This document shows positions 29,742 to 38,631 of a stretch of DNA of 64,000 bases, piece after piece. The stretch comes from Bacteroidales bacterium (lineage in GTDB: Bacteria; Bacteroidota; Bacteroidia; Bacteroidales; PUMT01). The position numbers and the translations under genes were made by a program. Each line of letters opens with the position of its first letter. Within the stretch, counting starts at the first letter, position 1. The stretch is taken from contig SLJO01000037.1 of the NCBI GenBank assembly GCA_007135095.1, positions 3,438 through 67,437 on the forward strand, written 5' to 3'. The notes below the pieces were generated by a model. It did not search any database, was not told the DNA's origin, and saw only the letters and a program-made list of their open reading frames with translations.

Positions 29742-30113
29742 TCACTGTTTATTGTTTAACATACTTTTCATCTTAAGCAGAAGTTGTTTTGGGAAAAAAG
29801 GTTTTGTCATATATTCATTAACTCCAAGGGATAGCGCCAGTTTCCGTGTTTCCTCCAGACTCACCCTCGTAAGCATTATGATGGGGACATTCATTTTAAG
29901 CTCGTTCCTTAACAGGTGTACCAGCTCCAGCCCGCTGAAATAAGGCATATGCTGATCGGTTATCATCATGTCGATTTCATGTATATATTCTCTAAGCAAA
30001 TCAGCTCCTTCCTTGCCGTCTGCAGCAGCAAATACCTCATATCCATCTGCTTTAAGACTGTATTTCAATGCTTTAAGGGTAATAGCATCATCTTCGCAAA
30101 CCAGGATGTTCAT
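29742..30113 (-). CDS. Stand-alone CheY-like receiver domain response regulator
   Basis: 'MNILVCEDD', 'MMITDQHMPYFSG' and 'TKPF'. No output domain is present. The start is taken at the internal Met. Confidence 0.85.
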   Translation of the reverse strand: MNILVCEDDAITLKALKYSLKADGYEVFAAADGKEGADLLREYIHEIDMMITDQHMPYFSGLELVHLLRNELKMNVPIIMLTRVSLEETRKLALSLGVNEYMTKPFFPKQLLLKMKSMLNNKQ

Positions 30114-30138
30114 ATGTACAATCAGGTTAATGGGTAAT

Positions 30139-30179
30139 TTATATTCAGCGCTTCGAACGTATGGAACCCCCAATGGTTT
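30139..30179 (-). promoter_or_regulatory. Conserved upstream motif, copy A (function unknown)
   Basis: The plus-strand sequence 'ttatattcagcgcttcgaacgtatggaacccccaatggttt' matches 40870-40909 at 35 of 40 aligned positions with a 1-nt indel. It lies 26-66 nt upstream of the RR start. Confidence 0.6.
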
Positions 30180-30254
30180 AATATGTTATTCCCCGTGAAC
30201 CGGCACATCTTACCATTTATAATTCATACGTAAAAATCAGTTAAAAGTTAACAT

Positions 30255-31430
30255 TCATTTAGCTTTCCCTGCACTTTCTGAAAGCGAAATGTAATAATTT
30301 GATATAACAGCAGATACAAAGGGATTATAGTATTTCCACAAAAATTTGCTTCTGCTCTCAACATTGTCATTGTAAAAAAGAAAATCAAGTGATCTCGTAC
30401 TCCTCAGCATACCTGCCAGGACCGGCAAGTCATAGTTTGAAAAACTGCCTCCATGATAAAAGAAATTACCCTGATTTGGATTGCCGATAACAGCCGGGAA
30501 ACGGGAGGGGATGTTATTGCTTTTAAGCAGCCTCTCCCCTTTTTCATTAACACTCAATTCATAATATGAAATCACGTCCATGGTATCTGCTGTATAACTG
30601 ATATCAAACCTGTATGGATAGTGCACCTTCTCAATCACACCATACTTTTTTGCTTTGCCTGCTGTGGTGGTTATCAGGGGTACTTCTATATCCAGGTGTG
30701 TTTCGTTTTCAAGGACAAGGACACTGCCGTTCTCGTGGGCAAGAATAATTCCGGAGCCTGTATACGACCAGTTGCCACCGCTTTGGCTGCGATAGGCCTC
30801 GACTATCCGTAACGGCAGGTATTCATTTATCGTGAAATCAAGATTATCATAATACATACCCGTCCACCCGCTCCAGTATACACCGGTGAGCTCTTCAGTT
30901 TTCTCCCTTATGGTTTCGGATGTCGGCGAGGCGAAAAAATTGAATTCCGCGATAACAAGTTTATTCCTGTTTATCATTTTTTCAAGGAAAAGATAATCGC
31001 TCAGGGTGAGACCTCCGTGATTAGCAGAAGTATCAGTGTTACGGGAATCACCATGCCAGTTATCCATTGAGGTGCTGTAGGTGTCTATAAACCATGCCAT
31101 ATCATAATGATTCGCAAGACTGTCAACAGCGTCACTGTCGATCTCCCTGAAATGGAATTCTTTGCTTCGACGGGGCCTGAGCGGAAAAAATCCGTAATAG
31201 TCTTTTTTTCGGTTGTAGGTTTTTTTGTTGCTTCTTACAATCCTGTTTTGATTAATGATCCCGAAAGCAGTTTTGTTTTCGATACGGGAGGGTGAAGAAA
31301 CATTTTTATTCATTATAAGTATTTCCAGGGGCTTTTCTTCCCGCAGGAACAAGAGTAAAAATATTGTAGTTGGTATTACCGCAATAATAATCAAGGCGAA
31401 GAGATAATTTTTACCCGGTAATTGAATCAT
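30255..31430 (-). CDS. Hypothetical N-terminally membrane-anchored protein
   Basis: 391-aa ORF with a single N-terminal TM segment. I recognise no motif. Confidence 0.5.
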   Translation of the reverse strand: MIQLPGKNYLFALIIIAVIPTTIFLLLFLREEKPLEILIMNKNVSSPSRIENKTAFGIINQNRIVRSNKKTYNRKKDYYGFFPLRPRRSKEFHFREIDSDAVDSLANHYDMAWFIDTYSTSMDNWHGDSRNTDTSANHGGLTLSDYLFLEKMINRNKLVIAEFNFFASPTSETIREKTEELTGVYWSGWTGMYYDNLDFTINEYLPLRIVEAYRSQSGGNWSYTGSGIILAHENGSVLVLENETHLDIEVPLITTTAGKAKKYGVIEKVHYPYRFDISYTADTMDVISYYELSVNEKGERLLKSNNIPSRFPAVIGNPNQGNFFYHGGSFSNYDLPVLAGMLRSTRSLDFLFYNDNVESRSKFLWKYYNPFVSAVISNYYISLSESAGKAK

Positions 31431-31504
31431 TGGAAATGTGAAATTTTATGATAAAACAAAATGCATAAACTTCAAAAATCGATGCTAATTAACATCCCGG
31501 ACTG

Positions 31505-32317
31505 TCAGTGGGGCTTGTAATACTGCATGGCTTCCGGTAAAAAGTTTTTAATATCCCTTATTCTGCCAGCAGAGGTCGGATGAGTACTGAGGAATTCGGG
31601 GGGACCTCCTCCACCCGACATTTCTTCCATCCGCTCCCAGAAAGCTAAAGCCTCCCGGGGGTCGTAACCGGCCATCGCCATAAAAATCATGCCGAGCCTG
31701 TCTGCCTCTCTCTCATGGGCCCTTGAATAAGGTAAAACAACCCCGATAGCCGATCCTATCCCATAGGTTGCCAAAAACATGTTCCGGGTTTCTTCGGGTT
31801 TTTCCCGCAGTGCAACTGAAAGGGCTATTCCTCCGGTTTGCACAAGCAACTGCTGACTCATTCGTTCATTGCCATGCCTGGCTACCACGTGTGCTATTTC
31901 ATGTCCCATAACCACGGCAACACCGGCATCGTTTTGTGTTACCGGAAGTATTCCGCTGTAAAAGACAATTTTACCTCCCGGCATTGCCCATGCATTGACC
32001 ATATCCTCCTCAATAAGGTTGAATTCCCACTGAAATTCCGCAATCCTGGAGCCAAATCCATTATTCTTCATGTAGTCTTCAACAGCATTGGCAATACGGT
32101 TGCCAACATTATTCAGCATTGCTGTTTGCCTTTGATCAGTTGAAATTTTATGAGTGGAAAGAAATTCACTGTAATTGCTGAGGCCCATCTCAACAAGCAT
32201 CGATTCCGGCAGAAAGGTTAATTGTTGCCTTCCGCTCAAAGGCACGGTTTTACATGAGGGAGGAACAAACTGCATCAGCAAAACTGCAACCAGCAGGTAT
32301 AAGCCAAATTTTTTCAT
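31505..32317 (-). CDS. M48-family zinc metallopeptidase, exported
   Basis: Signal peptide and the 'HEIAHVVARH' HExxH motif. Confidence 0.85.
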   Translation of the reverse strand: MKKFGLYLLVAVLLMQFVPPSCKTVPLSGRQQLTFLPESMLVEMGLSNYSEFLSTHKISTDQRQTAMLNNVGNRIANAVEDYMKNNGFGSRIAEFQWEFNLIEEDMVNAWAMPGGKIVFYSGILPVTQNDAGVAVVMGHEIAHVVARHGNERMSQQLLVQTGGIALSVALREKPEETRNMFLATYGIGSAIGVVLPYSRAHEREADRLGMIFMAMAGYDPREALAFWERMEEMSGGGGPPEFLSTHPTSAGRIRDIKNFLPEAMQYYKPH

Positions 32318-32711
32318 CAGTATATGGGAAATGGAGATTATTCAAACGGCTAAAAATATGAAAATAAGTTGATAATTAATCCCCGTAAATACACCGCTCA
32401 TCAAAATAATTAAAAAAACCCTTAAATATCTTGTGATAAATTGAATATGTAACATCACCGTCGCTTCCGGTTTAACTGACGGATCAGATAAATTCCAGGT
32501 CAGAGGCGTGCTGCCCGGACATGGCACGATGAATGGTTTCCCGGAACTGATTCGTTGTCCTGGAAGGTATTTATGCGGAATCAGGGGTGTTCAGGGTAAG
32601 TAAAACAAACAACAGGCAGGATTTATAAAAGCATTAATGCTAATACTGTCAGCCAGATAAGGGCCCAATGTCATTCAGACCGGGAGCATGAATATTATAT
32701 ACTGACCGCGC

Positions 32712-33215
32712 CTAAAATGGCCAGAACCGGTTGTCATTCCATATTCTTTCCTTCAGGTCCTTGTCCAGTTCAAAAAGAAGCTTATGATGCCCTCGTTCCC
32801 ATTCTGCAAGCCAGTGAAAAAGTTTTTTCTCATTTATATCGCTGGCATTTTCAGAACTGGTGGAATAAAGCTCGATGGCACGGGATTCCATATCAATAGC
32901 AGCTGAAATCGCTGCTGCCTCGAAACCTGCAGACGCGATCCGGCTTTTGGCAGATTCTGAAAGAACAAAGGCGGCTGCTGATTCCTCCTGATCGTCGGGT
33001 ATGGATACTGCTTTGATTTTGTTGTGCTTTGCAACCTCGGCATACTTCTCTCTCAGTACCCTGGCGTGCAGAACTTCTTCCTGGGCCATGATATTGAAGA
33101 TGTTTCGGATATCTTCATTTTCAGCATTTTCCGAAACTTTCCTGTAAAAAGCCTCGCCCCTTACCTCCAGCAGAATAGCGGATTTGAGTATATCCAGCAG
33201 TCGGTGATTTTCCAT
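32712..33215 (-). CDS. Ferritin-like / rubrerythrin-family diiron protein without a rubredoxin domain
   Basis: 'LLEVRGEAFY', 'MAQEEVLHARVL' and 'EWERGHHKLL' match the ExxH diiron pattern. Confidence 0.65.
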   Translation of the reverse strand: MENHRLLDILKSAILLEVRGEAFYRKVSENAENEDIRNIFNIMAQEEVLHARVLREKYAEVAKHNKIKAVSIPDDQEESAAAFVLSESAKSRIASAGFEAAAISAAIDMESRAIELYSTSSENASDINEKKLFHWLAEWERGHHKLLFELDKDLKERIWNDNRFWPF

Positions 33216-33402
33216 TACTTTTTTTGGTTTGTCTTTCGATTATAATTAAGCCCCGTATACTGATTCAACACTGCCTCTTTTCTTCAGGCTGGAATCTCAT
33301 TGTTGTCAGATGCTGATCATTGCCAGGAATTTTTGGCGTCATTTATTCTTCAGTACCGGAATATCACCTTAAGAAATCCGGTACATTTCGTCGCTGCCTC
33401 CT

Positions 33403-33831
33403 TTAAGGCAATTGTTTTTTCGATGACTTGATCATCAAAACAAAAAGCCAGCAGGAAATACGGGAAGCCAGATTTTCAAGCAATTTTTGCTCATCGGGAA
33501 GGAACTGCTTCCCGCTTTCCGGACTGATGCTCTGGGTATAAACCACCTTTATATGGCCAACCGGATTATTATCAACAAGCAGATCCGATTTGATCATCCA
33601 TTGTGAGTCGCTGTATTCATCTGACTCATATGTGTTATCACCATATGAGATCTGAACTTCGCAAATCGTCGGATACTGCATGCCCCGGGGAATTATTTCA
33701 ACAAGCTGTTTAAACAGCTTTTCTTCCGAATTGCCAGAGTTTTTAATTGCCTGTTCAACATTATGTATACATTCCAGCTCCTTGGCCCGTTCAGATAATT
33801 TCTTTAATGCTTTATTTAGTACCGGATCCAT
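33403..33831 (-). CDS. Hypothetical protein
   Basis: 142-aa ORF; no family is assignable by eye. Confidence 0.4.
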   Translation of the reverse strand: MDPVLNKALKKLSERAKELECIHNVEQAIKNSGNSEEKLFKQLVEIIPRGMQYPTICEVQISYGDNTYESDEYSDSQWMIKSDLLVDNNPVGHIKVVYTQSISPESGKQFLPDEQKLLENLASRISCWLFVLMIKSSKKQLP

Positions 33832-34014
33832 ATCCTTTCCCCATGTGGTTCAAATTAATAATACAGATATCCATCCTGAAGATAAAAACAGTCAGGTCAG
33901 GATCTGTTACCTCTACAGGAATTAAAATTACTAAAAGAATTCATCAAAATTACCATTTAGCCCATATTTTCCATCAGCCGGTCAGGCATCGATCGTAAAA
34001 ATACTGACAGATTA

Positions 34015-36948
34015 TTATTCAAACAGCCCGATAATTTCCTCGTCAGAAAATAATTTCAGCGGGATGTTGATATTTATGAAGTCATCGGCAAGCCTGGATT
34101 TTCTTTGCTGCAGTTTAAGAATTTTTTCTTCCACGGTTTCTGATGAAATAAACTTGTAGTAGAATACATTCTTTTTCTGGCCTATGCGGTGGGCACGGCT
34201 TATTGCCTGCTGTTCAACTGCCGGGTTCCACCATGGATCAAGAATGAAGACATAACCCGCCGCGGTAAGGTTTAGCCCTGTCCCACCGGCTTTAAGTGAT
34301 ATTAAAAAAAGCAGGTTATCGGGATCATTCTGAAATCCTGATATAACCTCCTGGCGCCGTGATTCGTTAATCTCACCTGTCAGATATGAATACTTCAGCT
34401 TCTGCTTATCAAAATAATCGCGATATAACCTGAGGTGCTTAACGAACTGGGAAAATATTAAAACCTTATGGCCGCCTGCTATCAGGTTCTCAATATTCCG
34501 TATTACTTCTGCATATTTTCCTGATGATTCACTCTCATTGCCTGCGAGCAGGGGATGATTCGCAATAAGCCTCAGCTTCATCAGTCCCCGCAACACATCA
34601 ATCTTCATATCCTTTTTATGTCCCGAATCAAGTTTTTCGAACAGGCTGTTACGAATTTCAGATTTTTTTGACTCATATAGATTTCTCTGTTCCTCATTCA
34701 TTTCGCAGTAATATATTTTTTCACTGAGCTCAGGCAGATCCTTTTCTACCTGCAATTTCCTTCTGCGTAAAATGAATGGTTCTATAAGTTTCCGGAGTTC
34801 ATTCTTTTTATCCTCATCCTGAAGTTTTTCTACCGGATACACAAACTCCTCCTGAAAGAATTGCTTTCCGCCAAGAAGCCCGGGATTCAGGAAAGATAAT
34901 TGCGACCACAGGTCTGTCAGGGAATTCTCAACCGGTGTTCCTGTAAGTACCAGCCTGTGTTTTGCCCGGAGTTTTCTGACAGTCCTGGATATTATCGCAT
35001 CCGGGTTTTTAATGATTTGACTTTCATCCAGAATCAGGTAAAAAAAATCTGTTTTTCTTAAGATATTAAGATCATTTCTAACTACCCCGTAAGTGGTAAG
35101 CACTATGTCATGCTGATCCAGCCAGCCTGCCGTGGTCTCCCTGTTTATTCCCGAATACTTGATACAACTCAGTCCGGGCGTGAATTTTTTTATTTCATTT
35201 TCCCAATTGTGCATCAGCGAAAGCGGCATGATAATAAGTGATGTTCGCGGGGCATGTTTTATCGTTGCTGGCTTCCCGGAAACCGGCAGGGACTCGTGTT
35301 CTGTCTTTAGCTTCCATAAAAGTGCCAGGGTTTGCAGGGTTTTTCCAAGCCCCATATCATCGGCAAGACAACCTCCTAGATGGTGCCTGTGAAGAAAATA
35401 CATCCATGATAAGCCGGCAAGCTGGTAGGGACGAAGTATACCCGCCAGTTCTGAGGGAATTGAAGGCACTGACAACCTGCTCTTGTCACCGAGGCTGAAA
35501 AGCTCCAGGGTGGTTTCTTCCTTTGTGCGTGCCTTTTCAGCAATTGCAAAATGGTGTTTGGCAAGCTGCATGATGCCCCCTCCTGATTTACCGTAAATGA
35601 AAAGATCTGTGTATCTGGAAAACCATTCTTCCGGTAGTATTGCAATTTGTTTGTCGGGCAATACATACTCCCTTTTGCCATTAAGTATATGATTCTTTAA
35701 TTGTATAAAGGGTATCCGGAATTCTCCAAAAACAGCATATGCATGTATATCAAACCAGTCATTCCTTTCCTGCAGTTCAATATCCAGGCTCGCAGCACCG
35801 GCATGGAAGGTTTTTTTAAAAAAATCCTGTCTGATTTTAAACCCCAGTGTTTTCAGTTCATCAGAGAAGGCAGCCAGCCATTCAATCAGTGAATACAGGC
35901 TTGCCTTTGTATTGTCATTACTTTCGGGGTTAAGCGAAAAAAAGGCATTATCCCTGCTTACCAGCCCCCTCTTTCTGAGTATCCCTGCAAATTGTGCCTC
36001 CTGATCCCTGTTCCTGGTTATCTTCCGGAAATGATAATTATGGTGTGCAGAGGTAAAATCCACCCAGCAATTACTTTGATCATCGGGATGGCACTTTTTT
36101 TCCAGGTAGTTGAAATGTAAACCAAGAACAGGATTCCCGGCAAGATCGTTTTCAAGATTCAGCACCGGCTTACACTCCGGTGATTCTATTGTGAGATCAA
36201 TCCCTGTAGTCCTGACCTCAAAGCTTTTTATTGCACTGGCAACAAAACCACTAAAATACTTTTCCTCGGTGGGCCCGGGAATGATAATATACTCTTTTGT
36301 AAAAAAAGGCTTTAATTTGCTGCCTTCGATACCAGCTTCAAGACGGTAAACATTTCCTGCGATCAGTGCCCATCCGGGCGTGTTGACCAGGATCAGTGAA
36401 TCAGGAGAATTCAGTGAAATGTCCCGGCCATCATGGCTAAGGTTGAGATGATAATGACTTTCAGCGGGGTGCCTGGTAAAGTTAAATACAGCTTTTGCCT
36501 CTTCTCTTTGCACTGTAAGTGGTTCGGCAAGCACCGGGTCTTTTTTGTGGCCTTTGAAAAATAAAGGGATATCTGCCCTTCCCAATATCCGGAGGCATTT
36601 ATCGGTTTGCTTCTGTATAAAAGGGATAATCAGGGACTTCAGCCTTGATTCGGTAAGTTCCTCATAAAATCCGGCTACTGTTTTGGCCTTTTTTGAGAAC
36701 CTCCTCATCAGTTCCTCATCCCGGCATACATCCAGAAGATCAACGATTTGCCGGTGCTCAGGGGAACAATTGTCAAAATAATCAGTCACCGTAACGGAAT
36801 TCAGCCTTTTAAAGGATAACGAAAATTCACCCGTGCTGCTTTTATGCACCAGGTACGGTGCCAGCATGACACCGATAAATTCATGGAATTGTATAGCAAA
36901 AACCAGTCTGGTGTTTGATTGTGATTGCGAGTAGTGTATTTCTGACAT
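34015..36948 (-). CDS. SNF2-family helicase/ATPase with a ~480-aa uncharacterised N-terminal region
   Basis: 'DDMGLGKTLQTLA' (motif I), 'LILDESQIIKNP' (motif II), 'LTGTPVENSL', 'KVLIFSQF', 'LKAGGTGLNLT' and 'WNPAVEQQAISRAHRIGQ'. Confidence 0.9.
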   Translation of the reverse strand: MSEIHYSQSQSNTRLVFAIQFHEFIGVMLAPYLVHKSSTGEFSLSFKRLNSVTVTDYFDNCSPEHRQIVDLLDVCRDEELMRRFSKKAKTVAGFYEELTESRLKSLIIPFIQKQTDKCLRILGRADIPLFFKGHKKDPVLAEPLTVQREEAKAVFNFTRHPAESHYHLNLSHDGRDISLNSPDSLILVNTPGWALIAGNVYRLEAGIEGSKLKPFFTKEYIIIPGPTEEKYFSGFVASAIKSFEVRTTGIDLTIESPECKPVLNLENDLAGNPVLGLHFNYLEKKCHPDDQSNCWVDFTSAHHNYHFRKITRNRDQEAQFAGILRKRGLVSRDNAFFSLNPESNDNTKASLYSLIEWLAAFSDELKTLGFKIRQDFFKKTFHAGAASLDIELQERNDWFDIHAYAVFGEFRIPFIQLKNHILNGKREYVLPDKQIAILPEEWFSRYTDLFIYGKSGGGIMQLAKHHFAIAEKARTKEETTLELFSLGDKSRLSVPSIPSELAGILRPYQLAGLSWMYFLHRHHLGGCLADDMGLGKTLQTLALLWKLKTEHESLPVSGKPATIKHAPRTSLIIMPLSLMHNWENEIKKFTPGLSCIKYSGINRETTAGWLDQHDIVLTTYGVVRNDLNILRKTDFFYLILDESQIIKNPDAIISRTVRKLRAKHRLVLTGTPVENSLTDLWSQLSFLNPGLLGGKQFFQEEFVYPVEKLQDEDKKNELRKLIEPFILRRRKLQVEKDLPELSEKIYYCEMNEEQRNLYESKKSEIRNSLFEKLDSGHKKDMKIDVLRGLMKLRLIANHPLLAGNESESSGKYAEVIRNIENLIAGGHKVLIFSQFVKHLRLYRDYFDKQKLKYSYLTGEINESRRQEVISGFQNDPDNLLFLISLKAGGTGLNLTAAGYVFILDPWWNPAVEQQAISRAHRIGQKKNVFYYKFISSETVEEKILKLQQRKSRLADDFININIPLKLFSDEEIIGLFE

Positions 36949-36974
36949 ATTCCGATATCCCCGTGATGAAAATC

Positions 36975-38540
36975 TTATTGTTGTTTGCCTGAAAATTTAT
37001 GATGATCTTTTGGCAGATGCTCGGGTCTCAGCAGGTCATTTACGGTTTTTACAGGGTTAAATGTTGAAAGCGGGACCTCCACAAATACAGTATTCCAGTC
37101 CGCCATCGCACCATTCCATAATCCCGGTAATTCAAGGGCTTTAAGCTCCCTGCCTACGGCAGATTTGTGTGAAATAAAACCGGTATCCGGGTCGAGGAAC
37201 TTGTGCAGGTCGTACTTATTTCCCTTATAATCTTTCACGGAACAGACCAGATCTACCGGATTAAAGTGTGTAGAGGCATTGTACAGCTTTTTCATCAAAG
37301 GGTTGGAAAGATTTATCTGGGAACTCTCAACTATCTGCAATGATACCGATCCGTCATGGTTTTTCACCCAGAAGGGACCACCCCCGGGTTCCCCTTCATT
37401 CCTGACCATGCCACAAATACGAAGAGGCCTGTCAAGCTTAGAAATCAGGTACCTCCTCTTTTCTTCCCTGCCCCACTGGTCATTGCCCCATGGAAAAACC
37501 ATGCAGAGCTCCTCTGCGAGAAAAGCCATGATCTCCTCAATCAGTCCCTCATGGTTCTCTGTATCGGCGGTAAGGATGTTCATGTAATGAAAAATCCTCT
37601 CCCTGAACGACAGCAGCATTCCTCCAAGAGCTTTCTTATACCTGACCGTTTCCTCTTTAAGATGGTCCGGCACTACATTATCAATATTCTTAATAAAGAT
37701 TATATCTGCATCAAGATCTGAAAGATTTTCCAGTAATGCTCCATGGCCACCGGGACGAAAGACCAGTCTGCCATTGGCATCACGAAAAGGGTTATTGTCA
37801 GAATCCACCGCAAGGGTATCTGTTGAAGGTTTTTGGGTGGAGAAGTCAACTTTGAATTTACATCCGAATTTCTTTTCATAATCCGGTCCGGCTTCACTGA
37901 AAGACTTTTTAAAACTTTCCTGGTGCTCGGGTGAAACAGTAAGGTGTAACCTGACAATATTATTGCTTCCTTTACTGTATAGTGCCCCTTCCACCAGGTG
38001 CTCCTCGAATGCCGTTCGTGAACTGTTATTGTATTTGTGGAAGGCAAGCAACCCTTTGGGCAGGAATCCGTAATTCAACCCTTCCTTGCCCAGAAGAAGC
38101 CTGATGACGGGAAGGTGATTCCCCGATTTTATCAGGGCCCCGGTATCCAGTCCCTTATTTGCGAGGCAGGATTTCAGTTCATCATAAAAAGCAAATGCGG
38201 AAAGATTAGTCATGAACTCATCCAGTGCATTATTTTCAATATTATGACCATCATTCTCAAGGGCAGCATAGAGTTCTTTGAACATCCTTGTGGCTGCTCC
38301 AGAGGCAGGCACAAACTTAAGAACCACTTCCCTGGCAGAATTGGATTCATAAAGATCAATGAAATCGTCGAGGGTATCTTTCCCTGGTCTCAATATGCCA
38401 TCACCGATAGTTGTAGGCCTTGCTATTGCCAAAAAAGGGAATCCTTCCCTGAACCTTTTCAATTGCCTGTCAATATCAGCCTCTGAAATACCTCTTGCCT
38501 GCAGATCCTTATGGTCCTCCCTGGTAAACATCCCTGGCAT
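36975..38540 (-). CDS. DUF4301-like protein with UDP-sugar-pyrophosphorylase-like motifs
   Basis: 'KFVPASGAATRMFK', 'FRPGGHGALL' and 'IFIKNIDNV' resemble UDPGP-family nucleotidyltransferase motifs. The DUF4301 name is from memory. Confidence 0.5.
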   Translation of the reverse strand: MPGMFTREDHKDLQARGISEADIDRQLKRFREGFPFLAIARPTTIGDGILRPGKDTLDDFIDLYESNSAREVVLKFVPASGAATRMFKELYAALENDGHNIENNALDEFMTNLSAFAFYDELKSCLANKGLDTGALIKSGNHLPVIRLLLGKEGLNYGFLPKGLLAFHKYNNSSRTAFEEHLVEGALYSKGSNNIVRLHLTVSPEHQESFKKSFSEAGPDYEKKFGCKFKVDFSTQKPSTDTLAVDSDNNPFRDANGRLVFRPGGHGALLENLSDLDADIIFIKNIDNVVPDHLKEETVRYKKALGGMLLSFRERIFHYMNILTADTENHEGLIEEIMAFLAEELCMVFPWGNDQWGREEKRRYLISKLDRPLRICGMVRNEGEPGGGPFWVKNHDGSVSLQIVESSQINLSNPLMKKLYNASTHFNPVDLVCSVKDYKGNKYDLHKFLDPDTGFISHKSAVGRELKALELPGLWNGAMADWNTVFVEVPLSTFNPVKTVNDLLRPEHLPKDHHKFSGKQQ

Positions 38541-38631
38541 ATTTAAAACTTGAGTAAGAATTATTTTTTGGTAAAAAAGTACAGAATCCCCATATATTTT
38601 TCACAGGGATAAGTAACACGGCATCGCAAAG

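Noticed and set aside
30114-30173. N-terminal extension 'MGVPYVRSAEYKLPINLIVH' of the response-regulator ORF
   Set aside because: Receivers normally start near 'MNILVCEDD'. The extension is encoded by the conserved 41-nt motif, and the second copy of that motif has an in-frame stop, so the motif is non-coding.
30139-30179. Reading the shared motif as a sigma-54 (-24 GG / -12 GC) or a Bacteroidota -33 TTTG / -7 TAnnTTTG promoter
   Set aside because: On the minus strand, the GG and TTG elements are spaced 2 nt too far apart for TGGCAC-N5-TTGC. No TAnnTTTG lies at the right distance from the TTTG. The motif is therefore left functionally unassigned.
33403-33831. The 142-aa protein as a truncated sensor N-terminus ('KELECIHNVEQ' resembles N-terminal motifs of some sensor or PEP-utilising proteins)
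   Set aside because: The resemblance is from memory and rests on a short motif. I cannot support either a domain call or a truncation claim.
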